Under the pieces are notes generated by a model. That model was not told the origin of the DNA, did not search any database, and saw only the letters and a list, made by a program, of their open reading frames with translations. A program made the translations under genes and the position numbers. From contig JARFYF010000052.1 of the NCBI GenBank assembly GCA_030265395.1, forward strand, positions 109,406,423 through 109,470,148: 63,726 bases of DNA. The letters are read 5' to 3'. This DNA comes from Rhina ancylostomus. Taxonomy: Eukaryota. Within the stretch, counting starts at the first letter, position 1. Each line of letters begins with the position of its first letter. Shown here in pieces: positions 51,791-63,726 of the stretch.

Positions 51791-54439
51791 ATTTCATTTG
51801 TACCCATTCCTGTATTATTTCCAAAAACTAGGCCACATTTTAAAGTCAAAGTCAATACTTGACGGTATAAATTTGTTCCAGGAAATTCCACTGAAGCAAC
51901 TAAATAAGCATTTGACATACAGATTATTGAAAGAAGGGCACCAATTTGAGAAATATTCTCATTAGGGTAGGACATTTAGTTGTTATTTTGAATAATTAAT
52001 TTCCCTTTTATTTATTGCCTGAAGCAGTTACAACTTCTTCAATTGTTTTCCCCCATTTGGAATTTCGATTATTTTTTCATCGCCAGCTTTATAAAAGCAA
52101 CCCAAGTCTAAGAACCTATTCCTTAGTCCTCAGCTCTATGCTTCATACCAACTCTTTCAATGAAAAAAATTTTGTGAAGAGCAGGAACCAGCTATTTAAA
52201 TTAATAAATGAAAGGGAGAAAAGAAGCATAAAGATTATATAGGCAGAAAAGTCACCAATTTAAAAGAACAAAAACAACAATGCATCTGTTGAACTTAGCT
52301 GGGTACCAGTGTTGACCAAGTTCAATGGACTGAAAATGCATTTGAGAGATCACAAAGAAGGGATAGAATGCAACACCATATATAGTCAAGCTCTAACAAT
52401 GATTGTAAATTATCTTGACCGGCAGGGTGGAGCTGAAATTGTTTTAGTGCAATAGTAATAGGGAAACTAATTAACCAAACTTTTAGTAAAATTGTACCTC
52501 ATTAGTTATTTCATTAGGGCTGGTTGTTTAACTATCCTTCCATAAAGTAAACTGAAATAGGGGCTGAGGCTGAGCTTTCTGTTGATATAATACATGATTG
52601 TTCCTTAACATTCAACATGTTAGTGAGAGTACCAGTTAAGATAATTGTTTAGACTAATACTTAGCTATGATCTATAGACAATCTCTGTATAGATCATTTC
52701 TGCAACATGAAAGCTGTTGGCTCATACACACAATCGTTTGTTTCAAATGAGATATGTCCCGTGAGTTGGAGGATAACTTACGCAAGTCCATTATTTCAAA
52801 CAATCTGTTGAAAATTTTTGGCCCCTAATTTTAACTTTGCTTGTAGGTAAATTATTAGAAAACCTAACATGGATTTAAAATGACTTGGAAGAATATGACA
52901 TATTCAACATAGGAATATATAAAGATGCAGTAAGTTTTAACTTCAAAAAAAAGTAAAAAGTATTAGGCAACTAATTGGGGATAATTAGATTCCCTAGGAG
53001 TAGAGAACTTGTTATATTGAATGAGTGACAGGCGAACCTGATGTGGGCCCAGAAACAAGCAAAAGCTTTGTCAGACTATTTTTAGGAGTATTGCTCTTCA
53101 CCAGTTTTATTCATTATCCAAATGATGGTCAAAACAGAATCACTAATTAACTCATGCATGTTACACCAAAATATATTGGATGTAGTAACAAAAAAATTGA
53201 TAGATTGCAAATTGAATTTAATAAAATGTGAACCTTGTGTGATAGATGCTATTGAAATGCAGCGTCCTACATTTGTGATGAGGTTATCCCAGGCATATTT
53301 ATTTCTATTTTAATTGTGGAGTGGAAAGGGGCAGATGTAGCAAGTCTGGTGGTCTTTTCACAGATTCTTACTGAGTGGGAAGTGTGTGGTTTGTTGGAGG
53401 CTGGTAGATTGCTTGGGAAAAAGACAGGATCAGCAAAATGGGAACATCGTTTGGCTAGGAAAGTGGTTGAGATTGGCTGCAAAGGAAGAAAAAAGTAATT
53501 AGAATCAGAAAAAAATGGAGGCAGGGCTGCAGAATGTGGGGATCAAGGTTAGATTGGTTCAGTGTGTGGAGACTACATTGTCCAAGGAATGTCCAATGAC
53601 TATGTAGTTCAAGTCCAAGTTCTCCTGCAAGGACTGTCACATAGGGAATGATGTCATCCCATTCACCTGACTTGAAAATCACACCAGAGCTTCAAAAGTG
53701 GCTGGTGGCAGGAAATGCATGTCCAAAATTTCCAAGTGATATAGGAAGGCCAGTATCAGCTTTCTGTCTGGAAGAAGATCAATTTTCAACTCTACGATCT
53801 GGAAAAAAAGCATAACGCAATTGTTTTCAGGCCTTCTAATTTTCTCCTTTACTCTTCCCTAATTCATGCAGCGGTACTGTTCCATAGTGACTAGCAGCCC
53901 TCTAGTGCCTCATCTAAATGACAGTATGTCACGCTTAACTGCTTACAGGGAATGTTGGCAGGCGGTTCAGGCAATGAAAGTCCCAATACATCTTCCAGAA
54001 GTCATCATTGGATAGAAACCAGAAATAGGGACTTTGGCTGATTTGAACAAGCAATTAATTCAAAAAAACTTCCTGTGCCTCCACAAAATAGAAAAGGAGC
54101 AGATGGCCAGTCTTTGTTGGAGAATTAAAAGAGTTGACTGAAAGTTTAGTTGCAGTGTTTTTTCAAAAAAGCTTTTAGTGGTGGAAAGGAGATATACAAG
54201 GTTGAAGAGAAAATTTCAAAGACTAGTCCAATGCGGTTGAATGCCATGCTACTGGAGTTAAGGGATGCACAGTGAATCTGTCAGAGAATGATGCATGCAC
54301 AAGGATATATGGTACTGGAGAGGGAATTGGGATTGGGCATATCCACAAATTCACATATGCAAATGCTGGTCCAAAAAATGCTAATTACTTCTGTTAACAA
54401 TCTCTTGATTAGTTACTTACATAATTAAAACCTTTAACT

Positions 54440-54640
54440 GGAGCAGCTAGTAAAGCTACTACCTCACAGCACTAGAAATACAGGTTGATTCCTGATCTCA
54501 CGTCCTATCTGTGTGGAGTTTGCAGGTTCTCCTGTGATCATGAGTTTCCCTTGGGCACTCTGATTTCCTCCCATATCCCAAAGACATGCATGCTGTTAAT
54601 TAGCCACTGTAAATTGTCCCTATTGTACAGGTGAGCAGGT
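54440..54640 (+). mobile_element. Older HE1-like V-SINE
   Basis: cctcacagcac..., tctgtgtggagtttgcaggttctcc..., tttcctcccatatcccaaagac, gccactgtaaattgtccct. Confidence 0.75.
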
Positions 54641-57399
54641 AGTTGTACCTAATTGTACTCAATTCCTGGGTAGTGTGGTTGGGTCAACACATTTCTTTCA
54701 TGACTGTAAATTTCTATTAGGCACATGAGCAACAGAATTGTGCTTACACTTTATGCATTCCACTTGTTCCAGCAAACAAAGCAAATAAAAATAATTGATA
54801 GATTGCAAATCTGGATCATGTGATCATATGGGGACGTGAAGGAGAGTTGTGAATTGGTTGGGAGGCCGGAGGGAGAATTCCTATGAGAGGGCTTTTAAAA
54901 CAAAGTAAAGTGGATTTACTAGAAGCCAATGCCCAGCAATTCGATTTCACAGATTAGGACTTGCTCAGGCAGATCCATTTAACATGTTGAAACAGGTCTC
55001 ACGTCGCAGGATGGCCTGCTTCAGCAAGCGAGACCTCCACTGTTCTTGGGCCCCACAGGCACAAATGAAAATAATAGCAGTTGAGTGTACATACATGTTG
55101 CACACTATTGAGCACATCCATTGAAGGAGCCCAGAAGGAAAATCATGGCTTCATGGACCTTGCAATAGGTCATTGAATTCACTTTGTAATCGATTTCTTC
55201 AAAATTTAACATGCAATGATATACAATTAAAATTTCTAGGCTCAAATGTTCTAAAAGGTGTCACAAGTTCACTGCCTGGCCTACATATAAACGACTTTCT
55301 GATAAATGACAAGGTATTTTATTGACTAAATGCAGCAAAAGGAAACAGATTTACCCTGGGCTATAAGTAACCAAGAGAAAACTAAATAATTTTTTTATCC
55401 AAAACTATCTTGAATGAGCAAGCAAATCAAAACTGAGGAAATTTTATTTTCTGAATTCGATTTTCTGCAGTAGGCTACAAACCTTAAAAAATGCGCTTAA
55501 TAACAATGTCACAAACAAATAATTCACAAGAAGCTCTTTTATTTTTCATAAAATTGCACATTTCCAATTGGAATCAATTGATTGTGTTCCATTCTCTACC
55601 CTTTGTAAAATGCACAGAACTCATGCTCTCAATATTTCCTAGATTTTGCACATGCAAAGGAATGAAATATGCATGACCCAAGTCTGACTCAGCGTTCTCT
55701 CCCCGTGAGCAATGCTACAAGCAAGGCACTCATTCTTAACAATATTTTTCCTACATCAATTATTTATATATACTGACAATTGCTACTTTCTATTAAGAAT
55801 TATAGTGATTAAATCAGCTGTTGATCTTTTGTTGATAGAGGAAAAGAAAAGATTACCAAAGACGGACCAATTATTTAGCCACTTATCTCTAGTTTCATTA
55901 AAAATTTAGTGAAAAGGCTCAATCATTTTTGAACTTTAAAATAACTGGGAAACAGGACATCAATAAATTTGTGAACATTTTACCATTTAATTATTTCTTT
56001 ATTCAATGTTATGCATTTGAAAAGTCACACATTTCACTGACTGGTATGGACAAATTCTTGGTATGTGCTCATGGTACACATACAGAGAAACTGTGCATCC
56101 CAGCCAATTTTCTGCAGCAGAAAATTTATCCATAAATTTTTTCAAGCAAGAATATGTAAAAAGGAATCAGCTGACAGGAAGGAAAAGAGCAGGGTCTTAG
56201 AGAAAGATGAGAATTAGAATTACAAAGGCAGAATTCCGATCTGAGAATTCAAAGACAATAAACAGCCACTTTGAACTCATTGCCCTGGATTTTCCTACCN
56301 NNNNNNNNNTGAATCAAATTACACCTCCACTTCTCACTGGTTTCCAATATTCTCCTCTAACTTTCTTTGCAAAACTTGGTTTTAGGCCGCTTATGCATAT
56401 TCTCAAGAGCATTTGCAATATACCCTCCATTTCTAAAACTGTTCTAATGCTCAGACCTCAAAGGCACCCTTCAAAACGACCTAGATATTCAGATCTAGCC
56501 CAACCATGTAAGATCAGGAGACCCAATTCCAGCACAGCTAGCAATACATACCAGAGAAAGCACACCTACACCATGTTCTTTTACCATTTGATGCATCATG
56601 CGATATTTTGTCAACCAGCAATCCCATAAGGCACCATTGCTGCAAGGTTATTATCTCTAATAGCACTTTTTCAAAAATGTCTTTTGAAGTAATGGTAAAA
56701 ACAACATGCTAGCAAAGTACTAAAATCTTCCACACACCATGCCCTTCTAATGTATAAGCATTTCTTTTCACATTGCCATGTAATGGGCTAAATCAAACTT
56801 CAATTGCCTGGAATGGGTGCAAAGGGCAGAATAAGCTGACCTTCTGCACCGAGGTGTTAGATGAGGTGTAGTGAGGACTCAGTGATGATTAGGACTCAAG
56901 CAGTATGCTGTTGACACTCCACTCCAGATTGTCTAACAGTCATTGATAGGAGGCAAAGCCAGGGGTGGAGTTTTGCTTTCTGTCAAAATCAGGACTGTAA
57001 TTCTACAGCTATTGCTGCAAATAATTTTAAAAAATTATTGAAAATAAAAATTAAAACATTGAAAGAATTAAACCATTAACATAAAATAAAAGTGACTTAA
57101 AATAAATAAATTACCATCAATCTCCAAGCAGGGTATCTCAATTCAAATGAATGAGGAATCTAATCTTAAATTGGATTTGGAGAGGTGGATTCCAGAGCAA
57201 AATGCAGAGGTCTGATCTGTAGACATGAGCCTAGTTATGACTATGAAGCTGCTGGTTTACTGTTCTGGAAATTCAATGGCTTTCCTGAAAAGCAAGTATG
57301 GATGTTGACATATGTGTAATTCTAGAGCCAAGGGAATTGGTTGTCTTTTAATCATCGTCAGAAATGGCCTAACAGGTTACTTCTGCCAAACGACACAAT

Positions 57400-59875
57400 A
57401 AATCTACAGACCACCTAAGCACTGGCATAGTGTACCCTGTTTAACCAACACTGCAACTCTCCTCACAGACATCGGAGGATGTATATTTAAAGAGGATGAC
57501 ATTGTTAATCTCATGGAATCATTTCTTTCAAATTATATAACGGCCCTTTTCATCAGCAGTCCTGGCATTGCAGTGTATACTCAGGAGAAAACTGATTATG
57601 GTGCTCATTGACTGCAAGGTCACATTAAGTCTCACTGCATCAGGTTATGGATAGGCATGGAAACCTCTTGATTATTATCATCTACCATCCTCTCAAAAGA
57701 TGAATCAGTATGAGCATCACTTGGAAGCAGCGCTACAAGAGCGGCAGATTCATGGAACAGTGGGAGTTGGAGATGGCCATCATTAGGTTGCTCAGTAGCA
57801 CTGCTGCTGATCAAGCCAACCAAGTCTTAAAGGACACAGCTATAAAATTGCATCTGCAACAGATTATGAGAGATCAAACTGAAGGAGAAAGATCCACTTG
57901 ACTTCATTCTTACCAAATGTATCTGCTGTAGATGCATCCGATTATGACTGTATTATTGACAGGCATGCAACTGCATCGGCATTGCTGAGACTTTAATATT
58001 GAGGGTACTGTCTATTGTATTGTGTCTCACTATCACGGTGTTAAATGGGGCGTTTTTAGAAAAAAACCTGGTAGCTCAAAACGATGCAGGCCAACACCAA
58101 CAATTGAACTGTATTCTATTACAATCTGCAACAGGTTGTCTAGCATATTCCTCACTCTACCAATACTATCAAATCTGGGACCAACAAGAAATGTAGAAGA
58201 GCATGCTAGAAAAAGCTCCAGGTGTACCTCCATGATGAAATACCAACATCATTAAGCTAGATTGAATCCAGTACAGCAAAATTATAGACAAAATTAAGTA
58301 AATGATCCTATTAAAGGATTAAAACAAAGTTCTGCAGTCATGCATATGCAGTCATGAAAGATAATGGAAATGTAAATAACAGGAGGAAGAAGCTTCATTA
58401 AAAAATGTCTCCAGCTCATTGATGAGAGAGCCCAGAATATGACTGGAAAGAAGTTGTTTAGCATTTATGCTTAAAGATGCTGGAAGTGGATGATCCATCT
58501 CAACCTCTCTCGGATACCTCCTTGAAAATATTTCGGTCCACAAGCAATTCACTAATATCAAAAAAATGACTGAAGGCAATGAATGCAGCAAAGGTTATGG
58601 ATCCCACCAAATTTGGCTGCAGAACTGATGCAGTGCTCCAGAAATAGCAGTTTCTCTATCCAAGCTGTTCCAGTATAGCTGCAATCCTGGCATTTACCTG
58701 ACATCTACCTGACAAAATGGAAAATTTTGTAGGTTAATTCCTGCCCACAAAAAGACAGTCAAATCCAAACCAGCTGCTGCCTTGTCAACTCTCACTCACC
58801 AACAAGATGATGGAAGATGTTGTTTTCCTGAGTGTTTATCCATGAATAACCTACTCACTGATATGGATTTTAGTTTCTACCAGAGCAACCTGGCTCCAGA
58901 ATTCATTACCATCTTGGTTCAATCATGGGACAAAAGAGCTGAATTCCAGAGATAAGCTGAGAGTGACTGCTTTTTATATCAAGCCAATATTTGCATCAAT
59001 TATCCCGAGCAAAATTGAAGATAATGGGAATCACGGATAAACTCTCAGCTGACTTAAGTTGCAGGAAGCACACAGGAAGACAGTTATTTCTAGAGGTCTC
59101 TGGCTCAGGATATCAGTGCAGTTTCCTGGGACCAACTGTCTTTATCTGCTTCAATAATGATTTTCCTACCACCAAAAGTGGGGACTTCTATTTGCAGTGT
59201 GCAATTCTACTTGCAATTCTTCAGATAAAGAAGAATTTTCAGCTAAAGTGTAGTATGCCCTAGATAATATTAAGATTTGGATTCTTAAATGGCAAGTAGC
59301 ATTCTCAACTCATAAGTGCTGGACAGTGACCATTTCTGAGAAGTACCTAACCAATCCTCCTTAGCATTCAACAGTATTACCATTGTAAAATCCCATACAA
59401 TCAAACTATTAACAGCTCAGGAGTGTGACAGAATGCTATCCACTTGATCAAACGAGTCCCAAGAACCCCACAGGAACTTTAACACAATCAAGGACAATAT
59501 AGCCCCTGATGGACACCACATCTACTACCTAAACATTCAGTTGTTCCATCACTGACACATCTGCAGTGTGTGCCACTATTTATAAGATGCACTGCACCTA
59601 TCACCAAGGGTTCTATGATATTATCTTATTAAATGTGACCTCTGTCATCTAGAAGGGCAAAAGCAATGAACCCCCTTCACTGTACTGCAGTGACCTGACT
59701 TAATGATCTATTATGGTTCCTTTATGGTTGCTTTTTCAAAATTCTAAACCTCCTGTCTGACAGCCACAAGTACCTTCATCACAAGGGCAGCTGTTGTTCC
59801 AGAAAGCAGCTCAACCCACCCTAAGAATAATTGGTGATGAACAATAAAGGCAGGGCTTGCCAGCAATGCTCCTGC
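57400..59875 (+). mobile_element. Decayed CR1/L2-group LINE (elasmobranch family)
   Basis: ccaagctgttccagtatagctgcaatcctggcatttacc resembles KLFQYSxNxGIY, followed by WKI, PxHKK and GSVLGPTxFxCFxND-like motifs. Ends aataaa..gcttgccagcaatgc. Confidence 0.75.
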
Positions 59876-60504
59876 TGCACAAAGGAATAATAGAAAAAAA
59901 ATGGCAGAGGCAAGGAATTCATTATTCTGAAACTTGGAAAGTAACTAGAATAACCTACCAAATGTATACAACATAAAATGAATGAATTCCAATGTCATTA
60001 TTCAAAAAAAAAACTCCTGCCTTTTTATCTATTGTATATGCAAATTCTTGCTTCCAGTGTAAGGTTTCGAACAAATTATTTTAAAAGAAAAGCTCACAAT
60101 GATAATATTTAGTTTATCTCCTTTGCTTTAATACCTTCAAACTTTTCCTTCAAGGCAATAGCCAACCTCTCAAGAGCCCAGGTTCTGACTGTCAGCAAAT
60201 CCCCTCCAGGACAGAGTTAATAGCCACATCTGTGCATTCTGAATATGTGCACCTTATAGAATTTCCCAGTGTTTAATCTTGGATGCATGCTATGTGCCTC
60301 CTCTTGTTCTGTGACAACTTGAGATTTTCTACTTTTTGTAAAAGACAAACAAACTACAGATGAATTCTCTAAGCTTTATTTCAAATGAGACTCGTGCTCA
60401 AAATATTAACAATAGTTGCTTTTCTATTCTGAATTGTTTACTGACACACATGATTAACAGCACCTGTAGTTTCTGTGTTTTCATTTGAAGAACAAAACTC
60501 AAAA

Positions 60505-61600
60505 CAGCTGAAACTCATCACAGCAAAGGTATGGACTTCGACAACATCCCAGCTGTAGTGCTGAAGACATGTGATCCTGAACTTGCTGTACCCCAAGCCA
60601 GGCTGTTTCAGTGCAGCTATAACGCTCCCTTTAGCCAGCAAAGTGGAAAATTGCTCGGTTGTGTCTTGAACACAGAAAACAGGTCAAATCCAGTCTGGCA
60701 AATTCCTGCTTTATCAGTATTAGAAGGAATTATCAATAGTATGGTCAAGTGATACTAGCTCAGTGATAGTCAGTTTAGATTCTGCAAAAACAGCTTGGCT
60801 CCAGACTTCATTACGGAGTTGGTCTAAACAAGGACATAAAAGCTGAATTCCAGAGAAGCGTGTCAGTCTGACATCAAGCAACATTGAACAAGTGTGCACA
60901 AAGGAACGCAAAACGGGTTTCACTGGGGATGTGAAACAACCTCCTTCATGAGTGGGAATCATATCTGGAAAATGGCTGCAATTGTTGGAAGCTCTGGAAT
61001 GTTGCAAGGGTTCCTCAGGGCAGCATTCTAAAGCCAGCTATCTTCAACTGCTTCAGAAATAACCTTCAATCATAATGCTAGAAATGCTAATGATTGCAGT
61101 ATTCTGTTGCATTCACTGTTCCTCAGATAATGAAACAGTCCCTGCTTGTATGCAGCCAAGGCATGGACAATAGCAAGGCTTGGGATAATTAAGTGGCAAA
61201 TGGCATATTGCTGCTAGGCAATTACCCAAAAATGAAGACCAAGCCAATGTATCTCATTGACAGATTCAGTGGCACTTTCAGTGCCAAGATAGTCAGCATC
61301 CTGAGGATCACCAACAAACACAAACTCAGTGCCCCCATTGAGTTAAGAGGCTACAATATGAAGCTTGCCTTCCCACTCCCCAGTCTTGCCATCACCTACA
61401 AGGCACACCTAGATTACAAAGGAAAACTCTACACTTGCCTAGATCTGTGTGGCTGAAGCCACACAGTCAGACATACAAGGTCAATCTTTCATCATCATTG
61501 GGTCAAAATCCTGCAATTCTTTATTGAACTACAACACCAACAGCAGAACAGAGGATGGAAAATAAATGCTGCCCACATCAGCAATGCTTGCATTCTGAGA
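60505..61600 (+). mobile_element. Second decayed copy of the same LINE family
   Basis: DNIPAVVLKTCDPELAVPQARLFQCSYN and gttcctcagggcagcattcta (VPQGSIL). Aligns by eye to 58585-59875. Confidence 0.78.
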
Positions 61601-63726
61601 ATGAAAACAAAATCCCTGTTCAGCTTCTCTACTTACCTCAATGTCTCATCTCTGTGCCTAGTGAACACTATTGCCAAACTCAACCTTATTCTTCTCCTGG
61701 TCAATGAATTCTTATTTTTCTGGTTTTCAAGTATTAATCAGAAAAAAATTATCTTAAACAATGCTTAACAATTTAATAATTTTCCTTTTCAGAATATAAT
61801 ATGCATGGAGAATATAGACATGTGCAGTAATTAAATAAATTGGTGTAGAAAGCACAATTAAAGTGATGTGCAAAATAATTCCATTATGAATATACGATCT
61901 ATAGAGGAAAGAGCAAACAAGAGTGAGGCTGAGAAGTTCATGGAGGAATTTAAAGGCATTGGTGAAATCAGTGGGTATTACAGGGAATTCCAACCGACCA
62001 CAAACATAACAGCTGGGAGGAATATAATGATCACAACAGGTGAGAAGATAAAAAAGGACCCTACATCAAAAAAACCAACACTTCTGTCAGCCTAGGAGTG
62101 ATACTTGAACAATAGAGGTGGTCTTAATCAGAGCTGAAGGCTGCTCCGTGATTAAAGAGCTCATCCAAAACAGTTGACAGGTATACAATATGTTCTCCCC
62201 AATCTTCTTATCTGTACTGTCCCCACCACTACTGATTTCTTTCTCAACACCCTATCCAGCCTTCTGCTCATCCCCACTATAATCTCTCTCCACCTATTTA
62301 CATCCCAGATGCATAGATCAGTCAATGCTGCCACATTGATCAGTCCTCAGCATCCCTATGCCCCCAATATCAATTTCAGCATATCATTGTCATCCCCACC
62401 AATCACATCATCAGCAACCCAAGACTGTCTCCAAGATGCCAGTTATCTGCAACAGTGGTAAACTGTGGCAGAAAGGTTTTCTTGTATATGAGTACATGCA
62501 AGGCCACTTCTACTGCACATGGCACTTTGAGACTTATGTGCTATTGAATATCAGAGCCTCTGGCCTTGCACAGTGCCACTTCCGTGCTTAGCATGGATGG
62601 GAGAAATGGTCATGGGATGCCTAAAGAAGGACAGAGAAGCCAAAGAAGGGATTATCAGTGTTATTGAGTTGGGAACAATAAAAGGACTAAGATAGATGGA
62701 GGAGAAAAAAATGTGGCCACATGAGGAAGGAGGCACTTTTAATAGGGAGAGTCAGCAGAGAATGAATGCAAGATTACGGTGGATAGGAACAAAAGGAGGG
62801 CATGGAGGGTACAGGAAATGTGCGTTTAGCAGATAGTTTAAAATAAAAATGCTTAGTTGCTGGGTGGTGAACAGTGGTAGCATGAGAAAGTATTCCTCAT
62901 AACAAAATTTGGTACACATATAAACAAATCTGTGGAAGCAACCATGGTAGGAAAAACAAATGGGATGCACCTTCCAGCAGAACGTGGGCTTCTGGATATC
63001 CCTTTTCAATTTTTTATCAAAAATATCTTTCAATTGCTAACAGGAATAAAGCAACAGAGGCAATATGGAAAAGATGNNNNNNNNNNNNNNNNNNNATAAA
63101 CTCTGAAGTTTTATGTGAAAGGTATTGGATGTTCAAGGTGAAAATTAATGAAGAATAGCATATACTTTGATAGTAACATTGGTCATTCTTACACAGTGGA
63201 TTTCCAGACAATGGAATATACAAGCTAGAGTACTTCAGGGGAAAAAAAAAAATCACTGATTTTCTGATAAAATGAAAATTGCGTGCAAATGAAGCTTCCC
63301 CCCCACCTTTTTACCATCCAAGAAAGGTTAACATTTTAAATACCAAACAAATAAATACTGTTAGTACCTATGTTGTAATTATCCTATTTCTTAAAAGCAA
63401 TGATAATTACTTCCATATAGGAGGGGAATGAAATATTTAAAATTTTTTTTAAACAACACTCAAGTCATATTTTTGGCTGGCCAACATGGGAATCTCCCAT
63501 TCATCCTATCAGATTCCATTAAGAGTACTTCTGGTCCGTTGTTAATTGCTCAGAGGATAGGACAAAATTGCTTCAATTCACAAATACAAAATATAACAAG
63601 TTTAAACAAGCTACCTGCAACTAATATTTGGAAATTCCAGTCAAATAGCAGTAAATTGCACAAATTTTATCATGAGAAAATTGAAGCAAGCTAGAGTCAA
63701 CTGAAGGGCTTTGTATGTGGTCCATT

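Noticed and set aside
44120-63726. Next upstream LRBA exon (expected ...CGFWDKSFRVYSTDTG) or nested MAB21L2
   Set aside because: Not found on reading the sequence. It probably lies beyond the window, although I cannot exclude a miss or a location inside a gap.

Overview
Vertebrate genomic DNA with scaffold gaps. The repeat landscape (HE1/V-SINE-like, SacSINE/Deu-SINE-like, CR1, L2, Penelope) points to a cartilaginous fish, probably a batoid; this is an inference. The only protein-coding gene I can support is the 3' end of LRBA (BEACH/WD40 family) on the minus strand. Five GT-AG exons (43952-44119, 25712-25813, 22062-22258, 16216-16367, 13696-13786) splice in frame to the C-terminal WD40 region ending ...[12 protein letters not shown], followed by a ~1.2 kb 3' UTR with AATAAA at 12501-12506. 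The rest is intron or intergenic DNA with decayed transposons. The most interesting signal is a dispersed family of short Penelope-derived elements carrying decayed minimal hammerhead-ribozyme motifs (CTGATGA-A-stem II-GAAA-CGTH). Several have target-site duplications and inverted arms, and one sits behind a Penelope GIY-YIG fragment. Also notable are V-SINEs with two alternative LINE-type tails, a fossil Gypsy element with a tRNA-Ser primer-binding site, a 19-bp intronic hairpin and candidate conserved non-coding elements. Most ORF-track entries are spurious. All family assignments are by-eye recognition, not database hits, and repeat boundaries are approximate.
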